64,000 nucleotides of DNA from Stylophora pistillata (Eukaryota). Shown one piece after another: positions 49,001-59,900 of this stretch. Location: assembly GCF_002571385.2 (NCBI RefSeq), contig NW_019218048.1, forward strand, positions 51,680 to 115,679, in the 5' to 3' direction. A program made the translations under genes and the position numbers. The stretch's first letter is position 1; each line of letters begins with the position of its first letter. A model generated the notes under the pieces. It was not told the origin of the DNA, did not search any database, and was given only the letters and a program-made list of their open reading frames with translations.

Positions 49001-50346
49001 GACTACCATATCTAGATACTCGTATATTTTTAATGCACTTTTATTTTAGCTGAACATCTTGATACTCGTGCGAGTCATAAAGGAGATGACCACAATGGTG
49101 CAGCCAACAGGGGGGGACAACCATGTACAGCAAATACGGTAAGATTCACTTTACTAAATGTAAACAGAATAATATAAGATCTTGTAAGGCTACTTTCGCC
49201 TAGCGTCCTCATTCCTTAATCAGTGAAGCATTTAGATATCTGATGATAACAAATCATTTTGAAAGGAACAACAACCGATTTATAAACTCCTATAACCCCT
49301 TTAATTAAAAGCTGGATCACTGGATTATGCAAGTCATGAGTTTTCGTTGGCGTAGCCATCATGGGTTATGAGCCACTATACCATGCTCTACAAATATGGT
49401 AAGTGTACCATGCTCTAGAAATATGGCAAGTGTTTTTCGTTCTTACAACAAAAAAAAAATAGAGATAATTAGAGCCTCGTTCGCTATCTATTTATCTCAT
49501 ATCCGACAAGCGCAAGTGGAATAATTGCTTATCATTATCTTTTTTTTAGACTTGGTATCAAGGCCTGCCTGGTAATGACTCCCCTACTGGGTGTCACTTG
49601 GCTGTTTGGTCTGCTTTCGCCTGTAGACAAGGTTTTCGTATACATCTTCACAATACTCAATTCTACTCAGGTGGGTGTTCAGTGGTAACTCTCAGATATC
49701 AATCATTCTCGATTATTTCATTTACATTTTTAGCAAACGAGGGACACTTTTACAATGGCTAGATGATAATTCTTTAGAAATTTTAAAACAAAAAGCTGAT
49801 AACAGTTCTAGAAGGGAGAGCTTTCTTCTTTCATTTATAAGATCTGCGTTTTTCCTTCCTTATTACATGTTTATTTCTAATCATATTCCGGCCAATCTAA
49901 ATAGATATTTAGATAATTAAGTTACCTCATTGCTTGTGCGTGAACAAACCTCGAGCAACCCTCTATCACTTCCTACCAGGATAAGGTACTGCAAAATAAA
50001 AGAAAAAAAGATTATCTATGTCTTTGCTACAGGGTCTCTTGATTTTCGTCCTACACTGCATGCGAAATTCTCAGGTAAGAAAAAACATTAAACTGAGTAT
50101 GATCAAACTGAAGATTAGAAAGTTTCATTGTGCGAACAAATAAGCGAATGCTAAGAAGTATATTTGTTATTGCTCGTCTATCTGCAGATCAGAGAGCGAT
50201 TCAAAAGAAGGATGAACATGGTTTTTCCATCTTGTACAAAACAAAACTCCATAAAGAAGAGCTCAAAGATCAAACCAAATGAGGTCGGCGATGTATGGGC
50301 AGTTGAGCTGCAAGCTTGCGGTGAATGTGAATGGAAATTGCACTGA
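37023..50346 (+). CDS. Adhesion GPCR copy B3 (signal peptide, C-type lectin domain, Ser/Pro stalk, GAIN/GPS, 7TM); exon 2 carries an apparent 5-nt insertion
   Basis: Exons: 37023/37050-37083 (MYKTLVILSVL), about 38981-39027, 39881-40267 (CTLD), 41018-41193 (weak GAG acceptor), 41299-41358, 41633-41840, 42606-42713, 42927-43014, 43243-43333, 43400-43449, 44119-44245 (CRCNHL/THFAVLM), 44334-44437, 44855-44957, 45065-45215, 45304-45385, 48316-48382, 49050-49138, 49550-49670, 50033-50074, 50188-50346. Confidence 0.88.
45498..48248. mobile_element. Non-autonomous Polinton/Maverick-like element (2751 bp, about 1-kb TIRs)
   Basis: Termini AGTAGTATG...CATACTACT with a 6-bp TSD GATATG (45492-45497 and 48249-48254). 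45498 to about 46493 is reverse-complementary to about 47221-48248. The empty site is visible in the A1 and A2 introns (ATATCCTGTTAAGGGTATC / ATATCCTATTATGGGTATC). Confidence 0.82.
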
Positions 50347-53300
50347 ACCAGTAAAGCTGGCCCCAACCGTCCGGAAACAAAAGTCCCTTTTTAAGTACGA
50401 TCGTATTTCAGTTACATCTGTTAAGTCGTTCTGCTCTTCAGTGTTCTGGCACTCAACCAGTTGTAAATTTCAACTTCTTGTTAATGATTTTCAATTATTT
50501 CTGTAGCCGATCGTGTATTAGAAAGAAAGGCATTTTCACCTGCATGATAGTCCGCGAAAAAGGTGGATATGGCGTATTTTGTAATAAATTAACCTAGAAA
50601 CTATCCTTAGTCCTTAAACTTAGAAAAGATCTAGTGGTTCAATATGTTCTCGAGTGGCTCTCGAAGAAGTATAAACTCTAGCTTCCTTAGACAAGACGAG
50701 ATTTTTTTATTAGGAAATCGCAACTCATCTTTCTTTAAATAGCGCTCTAACAAGCACTTTTAACTGTATTTGCCTAATGACTTTTGCGCGCTAAGTGTTT
50801 GCGCTTACTGCATGATGACTTTATATTTGTCGTTTTACATAATTGTCGAGTTGAGAAAGTACTCGTTCGCCCCTCTCATTATTGTTATTATAATACTTTT
50901 AGAAGTGGCAAATAATTAAGGCTGACATTTATTTACTGGGTCCAATTCATCAAGAGTGTTTTGATTTGCACGAGTGGTTCACAACACAACACTAATAGAA
51001 GGAAAAATTCCAGTTCAATTGCTGAAAATGAAGCAGAATATCCTTTTTGCCGTGTTTCCATGGCTTGTGCTATAGGAGAATGCCTACCCACTCTAGAATT
51101 TCGCATAAATCTCAATTTTGCATAGCAGATTTCTGCAAAAACAGAGCTAGCAATGAAAGAACAATTTCTAAAATGGCAAATACAGTGAAATTAGGAATGA
51201 GCAATGTCCGTAAACAAATGCGAAGTTCTGGATGGAAGACCACCTTGCTCTTTTATATCCCTTGTCCTTTCCCTCTCCATCATTCGTTCGTCCCTTCCTC
51301 CGCCCCCCATAAATTTGAATAGTCCGCCCCTTGAGGGAAGTGTGCCTTACTAACTTTCGATTCAGTCTCCGATTTCTAGGCTTAATCATCAAAATGAAAC
51401 CTCATAGATTTTTCAAGGCAAGTGAGGGGGCAAGATACAAAGCTCAACTAGTAGTTTGTTGCTTAAAAATCCTGCATAGTCAAAGATTTGCAGGATGAGT
51501 CCTTGTGGACAGAGAGATGTTCCCTTGTAACGACTGATAAAGTCTTACCTGCGGAAAATTTTCATATTCATGATTGTTATATAGACTTTAGAAAGCTAAA
51601 TTCTACGAAGATCAAAGCCATCAACTCCGGTAGTATTTGTGAACTATTTACTTTGATTTTTTAACTTCCTGTGACACTCAGGAAAATGAAACCGGATAAA
51701 GAAATTTGGGGATTTTTTTCTCGAAGTTAGGCTCACAATGTTTTTAAGTTTACATACAATGCCAAATGATTAAAAAAATCGTAACAACTGCTTAATGGCT
51801 AAACCACATTTAGGATAAATAACACGATAGCTTAGGTGCTATCTTTTCAAGCTGTAGTGAAAAGATATCAAAAGGGAAACACTTATATTGTTGCTTCTCT
51901 TTGATACGTCAGATGGCCGCGGCTCCAAACGTTCGACATTCTTTGCCAAGCAATGGAAGTCAAGCATTTTAAAAGCGTTTGTGGAAACTCCATGCTCAAG
52001 AAGTAGAAAAGACCTTTGTACCCTAGCCGCATCCTGCGAGCTTCGAAACTGAACATAACACAATCGAAGCTTCTATATTTGTTGATTTAGCAGGTATTAG
52101 GTTAGAAAGATGCAAAAACTAAACATTCGACCCAGCGTTAGGAAAAAGTGGATATATTACGCCGGCTTCAATTAAAATAATAATACAAGGAACGAGAAAC
52201 TGATTACACGACAAAAGTAGAAATAACAAAAACTTTTTCAAGTAAGCCAAAAGTGAATAAGCGAAAGACTAGCATATAATTACGTAAAGACACCTGGAAT
52301 AATTCAATAACACAAAACAAGAAATGAGAATACTTTAGAAAATCTGGCACAATTTTAAACAAAAAACGAAATACCTTATTGCGATTTAATTGCCTCTTTC
52401 AATCCATGCACGCTGAATTTTAGAACTTATTGCATGATGGTTTCATATTTCACATTTGACCTATTTCTTATTGAGTTGATAAACTACTTTTTTAAAGTAG
52501 TGTCTTGTTAATGTAATTGTAGCATTGTCATCTAACATTGAAATTTGTTGCTTATAAATGAATAGAAGGATGAATGCTGAATTAATGGCCAAATTAGTAG
52601 ATCAAAAACAAAAATAAATTCAAGGTAAATAAAAGCCAACAGATTGGATATTTTGTATATCAGTTAAATTCATTTGGCTCATTTTGTCTTCTTTGCATCC
52701 CCCTGTTACGTAATACCATCTTACAGTCATAGATTAATCGAAGAGTTTGGATTTAAATTAGAGAAATGCTGACGAAAAAAGGGCGCGAAATTCATAGAAA
52801 ATAGCAATTTGGAAAGAAATTGCTCACGCTAGATATTTTAAGGAAACAATGCATAGTGACTAAAATGCAGGATAAGTCAACCCGTTTTCCAAATACAATT
52901 ACTAAGGGGACATAGCATTGAAATGGAGTTCCCTAAGATAAGAAAACGAGTCGGGGAATTGTAAATCTGACGGCTTCGAACCCGTTTCTTCTGAAAAGGT
53001 AGAAAATAGTTCAAACAGCTGGACTTAAAAGTGATGGTCTTCATGGCGCTAACGCCGTGTGGGGGAAGGGGGAAGGCGCTTTGTAAGCTGGGAGCTAAAC
53101 TATTGGCCGTTAGTCGCCGTTGATTTTCTGCCCAGTTGAGAGTCGACCCTATTAAACTCGAATTTAGCTCACGATCTGACTCAGAGCCTGTCATGGTAGA
53201 ATTTTAATTACGTATGTTAGTTACTGCATGAGCAAAAATTTAATGACATACGAGACATGTACAAGAATAATCAGCTAAAAAGAAAAGGAACATGTCATCT

Positions 53301-53948
53301 GCGAAATGACAGCAAAGTAATAATTTCCACGAGGGTAGGACAAAGAGAAAATTCTGTCCCTGTAAGGAATGGATTTCACATGGGGACTCAGAATTCTTAG
53401 TGTCACACGCTCGAGACAAGATGGAAAATATCTTTCTCCATTTCTTTACCGACCTCAGAACTTACTATCTTTCCTCTATTTACTAACAATTTCCATTCAC
53501 GCTAACGAACAGGTGGGATACTCATATTAGCTGCCCGTGGATAATACTGACATAAATTGGTTTTAACAATCGTTAAACGGAGCTCATCACTCCATTCTTG
53601 ATAAATAATTGTTTTTTTGATAGCATCTTTGTAAAATTTGAACTTTACAAATGTATACTCTTGTCGCGAATTTCCGGTTCTTCTAAAGAACAAAGATGCT
53701 CCACACCTGCTTCAAGTAACTTTTTTCCTTATTGGTCCGTCAATTGAAAGGAGAGACAGAAAACTTTGACTCACGTCACGAACTATCAATCGAGTATTAT
53801 AATTTGCATTTAAGTCTTCCTCCTACAAAAGAGTTTGAAATACTTGAAGAAACTGCCGTTCTTGCGTACTCCCAAATACAACAAATTTTAGTGAACCGAC
53901 AGCTGATCGCAGCAACTCATACGTAACTTGGGTTTCGTTAATTGGACG

Positions 53949-56900
53949 ATGAATGGAATTATATACTGCACAATGTTCAGAACCCTGTTTATACTAAGCG
54001 CGCAAGGTAAGTATTTCCTGTTTGCCAGGTTAGTATTTCTGTTTTTTTCTTAAGTAGCAATAACACCCAAGAACTTGGCTACATCAATTTCCGAAAAAAT
54101 TAAATCGATTGTAGAACTAGCCGAGATACTAAGAAGGCAAATCCAACCGTAAAAGAAATAATATCAGGTGATGTTTATTTGACATCCTGATGACAGAACG
54201 ATCCAAGCCCTACAGATACATACCCTACTGAGTCCTCCAGATTACCTTCAATAAACAGTTCTTTTAAGACTAGTTTTCTAGGGTCTTTTTTATTATTATT
54301 TTTTGCTTTCCATGCGATACAAAATAATGAAAAACATGCTGTAGAATATTATTTGCGTCGTAGCAGTCTGCCTAACAGCTTTAAGTGGCTTTATCTAGGA
54401 TCACAGCACAAAATCGTTTCATTTCTCTCCTAGTTTTCATTCGCTTCGCTCACTCGGGAGAGATACAGAACTCGAAGATAAAATTCGTATCCCCGCGCTG
54501 CCATGTAATACCCTACATTTCTGACTCCAGTTCAAATTGATAATTTAGTGGATTTTTTTCTCTCTTTCCGCATGCTAATTGACCGTTTCCAGCCAAGTAG
54601 TCCGATGGTTGATGATTAGCAGAAGCTGATTAATTAAAGTCAACCTTCATATTTCATAAGAAGTTTATTTGATATAACTTTTTCAATAAAAACGAGCGAT
54701 GAAAGGGAACGACGTTTCGACCTCTTCGAGGTCATTTTCAAGATCTGGTGATGAACAGAGATTAGCATATTAAAGAAATATAATAGTTTAAAAAACGGAT
54801 GAAGATGTAACAAGCATTGAGAATGTGATAGAAATTATATAATTACAACAATTCAAAACAATATCTAGACCCCAGCCAGAGGTTCTAAAATATAAACTAT
54901 AGGGATATATTTTTTTGACGCCAAATTTAAAGTATTAAAACTTGGATATCATTGAAATGTACCCTCCTACCGTATGGAGTGGATTATGATCAATTCAAAT
55001 GTGTCAATGTGTAGGAAAAATTAAATGAAAATGTTTTGGCTAAATTTCTCACTTCCGTTTAGTAGAATAGTCTGTAAATTTATGCTACTTACAACATTCT
55101 CCTTGTAAATATAGAAAAGCTGCAGATAACTTTGGCTTTGTCTTTTAGTGACAAATAATACACAAGCTGGTGAACGATAACATGGAGTTTATTATATCCG
55201 TGGAGAGTTGAGATACTAAATTTGTTTGCTTACATCTCTACTTAGCTATCCAGACTTCGATGATGCAATCTGAGGGAGGAGGTAAGGGTGCTAAACTCCT
55301 AACTAAGCTGTTTCTTTGGCATATAATTATGTTTCGATAAAAGTATATCTTAACAAAAACTGAACTGACTCTTATTCATAAAATAGTCGTTGAATGAAGA
55401 TTGAGTAGGTTGGAAATGCATTTGATGGCAACAATATATTGAACACCCAGGCCTTGACATAAATTGCTATGCCCGAGCAACCAAGGAAACAAACCCCTAG
55501 CTCAAACCCCTTAACCGCTACAATTTAAAAGTGCTGCAATGAAAAAAGGTCTGAAATTTATAGACTGGATACCGAGCTTATTTTTATCAAGGTAACTGTC
55601 TATAACAGAGATAAGAGACACGATTTTACTTTAAATGTATTTATATCCAACCTAGAGATTGGCATCGTGTGAAATAACGTGGAGCTGACTAACTTCACAT
55701 TCGCAAGAGTTCGCTTTCCGGTGCAGAATTTGAGAATTATTTACAAAAAAATTCAAAGTTCATTCTCTTTTCTTTTGTTTCTATAGATACCAATAGTACT
55801 TGTTTTAAAAATTCCTGCTACAATTTTAATGCGTCATACGAAACATGGAACGAAAGCAGAAGAATTTGCCAGGGGCAGGGAGGTGACCTAGTTTCCATTG
55901 AAACCGAAGAAGAGTGGAATTTTATCAATGACACGATTCGACATGATCGAGGAGAATGGTGGCACATCGGTCTGGTAAGAGAAAACAGGAGTTGGACCTG
56001 GGTGAGTGGAAAACCACTGAATATTTGTAAATTGGATGATAATCAGCTAATAATGAGGAAGGGAACTAAGGCCGCGATACTCAAAAAGAAGCATCTGGAC
56101 CGTTTTCCATATGGAATGCTCAGAAGGAACTTTGATTTCGCGAGTTTGCCATATATTTGTGAACTTCCCAACGGTAACAAAACATCACAGCTGTACGGTA
56201 TACTGTAGGGCACGTTGAGAGTGTCATCACGCCACGTAGAAGATAGTTATGAACCAGCTACAACGTTAGCTGTGAGTTCCGTACGCCTTCTCAGCCCCTA
56301 GCATATATCAATCACTTTTTTCAGAAGTGATTCATATACGCCTTTTTTGCTTTTTTATGTGACTTAAAAGGGTTAAAACTCTTTAAGTCACAGAAAAAAA
56401 AAACAGAAAAGAGTAAGCATAAAAGTTCTTTAGCATCGAGGCACCTTTCTTCATCGTGATATGACTTACGGTTGCTCGTACCAGTTTCCTCGCGCGGGGA
56501 ATAGATCACTCTTGCGTCACGCGCGAGAGAAACGTGCGAAAGAAGCGCGAGATTAAAAGACGAAAATTTCAAACAAAGATGGCGGCGCGAGGATTTTTTT
56601 CTACTTATGTGAGAAGTTTACCTAAGAGCTTGTATTTGATGTGTCGAGCGGCCACTATGAATGCAGGAGATAGAAACTAAGATAAAGAAGACGATTTTCG
56701 GAGAGGTAAAGGTTGCTAGCTTCACTTCACATTTAAAAGAAAGATTCAATTGATATGCAATCTTGCGACGGCGAAAAAAGAAGAACTCAAGTGAAGGATA
56801 ATCTACCTGAAGTGGAAGATGACTTTGAAACTTAAAGGAAAATAATATGATATAGCCAGAAGTCGTGTGTAGGATTTTTAAGATGAGCCCGGGAGGCTGT

Positions 56901-59900
56901 CTTGGACAGCTGTTTAATGATTTTCTTAGTAGCACAGGCGGCCCAAGCTCTCTTTGAGAAGCACACAAGGAACACAATTTGCATATTTATAAGGATTTGT
57001 ATGGGATTTTCTACAAGATATCCACAGAGATAGTTAAAAGTGAAAATATTAAATAAAAATAGCTTACCTTGTTGCATACGTGTGTTGTTTGCTCCTGGTG
57101 TCGTTATTTTACCGATTTCACTTGATTGAAGCGGTTCTGTTTAATCCTGGTTTTCTATCTTGAAGAAAATCCCATACAAATCCTTATAAATATGCAAATA
57201 GCGCTCCTTGTGTGGTTCTCAAAGAGAGCTTTGGCCGCCTGTGTTAGTAGTAAACGTCTGTAAACATCAGATCGTAGGCACGCGCGCGAGCACGAACAAT
57301 TGTCAGCGGTAGCTATAACCGATCATGAGCAAATGTCGATCTTATAGAATCCAGATTGTTAAATGCGCGAGAACGCGCGTGGATATTGCTAAACTAACGT
57401 AAGCTATTGCATGAAAACAAGTCCGGTTACCCCTTCTTTTTATTGTTCCAATATGATAATAACATCGAAAGGAATCATCAGAAAAAAAAATTATATGAAA
57501 GGAAATTTGCGATGTCTGAAAATTGCCTTTTTTCTATATTCTCTGAAACTCCGCTCCGTATAATCTTTTAAAAATCTTTGTGCATTTTCCTTTTCAAGTG
57601 CCAAAAACAATCACTGAAAAAATCATGGGGTCACCGGGTTAGTTTTTGAATTATTTAAGTCACGAGCTAAAAAATGCGTCTGAATAAGCCTATGAAAGCG
57701 TTGCCATGGAAACTGCTAGTGACGAAAGACACCTATATTTGGATGACCAATGATTGTATAATTCAACCCGTAAAAGTGTTCAACTGGTCTTGGTCAGTCT
57801 TTCTGTTGTATTCTTTCAAAGTTACAAACCATCAAAAAGATGAGAACCGGTACGATCCACCTTAAAAGAAACTAGTTTGATGAGTGTTGAGGTGGCATCG
57901 CTGTCCTTTTTTCTTCAATATTGTATAACTTAAAAGAAACTAGTTTGGTGAGTGTTGAGGAGTCATCGATGTCCTTTTTTTTTCACGGCAGCGAACCCAC
58001 GGGAATTATTTTTTTAACATGATGTTTAGTTGAGTCGCTGTTACAACTAATCCTACTTCTGATCAGTTAGACCACCTCCAGTCTAATTTCATATCATTTG
58101 TAATTTCAGCCTGTACCAAACGCTGAGTCAGTAAACGGGTAAACGAAGCGGATCTAAGGGATTTAAGTGAGGCTCGTTGAAATAAAGGCAGGAAAAAAAA
58201 GCAGAGAAAGCAAAAAGGACAAAAGAAGAAGGTTGAAGCCTGGGCCGGGTTGCATAACGAAAGCGTGCGATACGCAAGATGGCTTAATTTCCTTTCCTTT
58301 TTTCGCTACGCCGTTACTTTCGTGAGGTTTAGTATTGCTCTTCGTTAAATTAATTAAACACCATGAACAGACTATGGATTTGTTTTTTTCTCTTTGGCAA
58401 CTGTTTCAGTGAAAAACTCTTCCCAGGAAAACTACACGGCCTACGTTGGAATACCTTGCGCACTGAAATTTGGCAAAATGAGTTGGGTACAGAATTACAA
58501 TTCTACTAATTACATTTGCAATCTTAACTGTACAATAACAGAATGTTTGAACGGGTCAAATGATGATCCCGTACCAGTAAGTTGCAGGAAAAGATGTTCT
58601 ATGACATACAGACCATTGGTAGATCAATGCACCGAAATGATGTCCAAAGAAGGTTCTTATCTTCAAACATGCAACGTTACAAATTTTAACCTCAGAGGCG
58701 GCAAAGACACTTGCCAGTGTGTGGGAGATCAATGTAGTCGCAATTGCAGCAAGATACGGTGCACACAAATCTGCAAAGAAAGAAAAACTGGTGAGTGGGC
58801 TAATGCCTAATCGTCAGTACATAAAAGCCATAGGTTACAGGCTTTTATCTTTCATCGTTATGCAAACTATAGGTATGGTTAAAAAATTTATTTACAAGTT
58901 CGTTGTAAATTTGCAATGTGTCTCATATGGTCTTCAGGTTTTGGCAGATAGCGCTAATGACCGCTGTTTGAGAAAAATGCAATTAGGAAGACCATTTTGT
59001 TTTCTACTCTTTACGTGTTCGGGAAATGAAACATGAGTCGGGACAATTATTTACTCTAATTTTAAGTTGATCGATAAAAGAATAAATCTATAGCCTAGAA
59101 AATAAAGAAATTAAGGGAAATTAGCGCATTGGCTGGGATATTTTGATTTGACTTTGCGCCTAATTAGTTTTCTTGTTTTTAATATTGTTATCATAATTTT
59201 TTTCGAAGCTATTAAGATCGAAAAAGGCAGTTTTCTAGTTCATTATATCAATCTAACTCGTACGCGACAAAGTATCATGGCAAACAACTCTTCTTTTCTT
59301 ATTATTCGCGAGTGGTCTTTTAATGTGCAAAGCAAAAGGCGGTGCGTTATAACCGTTTGAATAAGCGGCTACGACAAAACGTCCTACATGTTTGCCACAA
59401 GGCAAGAGGGACGTATCGCTTATTCAAAGGGTTGTACGTAATAGAGGCTAGACGTGTTTTGCTTTCAATTTTGCGTTCATTTTTGCTTGCTAAAATCGCC
59501 ATGCTGCCTGAGTTGAACTAAGAACTTTAAACCACGCAATAATAGCCCTTTTATGAGGACGACTCGGAAAATCATTTCCAAAATTGAAATTTCTGAATGC
59601 TTGCACAAGGATTCTCCTTCTGGGAGCCTCCTTTATCAATTCATTATATCCTCTAACAATCGCTAAATAAAATGACTTGATTGATATCGTATGGTGAGTT
59701 TAAACCATGAGTAAACCACATGAAAGTAAGTCAACGAAAGCAGTTTGAAAGATAATGAGTTACGGACATCAAATTATAGATGGTGTCATCTATATACTAT
59801 ACCCTTAGTCTAGACTATCCTAATCTTAATCTACAGAAGCATCTTCACCTTCAACTCATGGAATACCACTTGCAACATCACCCTCGCCCTGGCCCTCACC

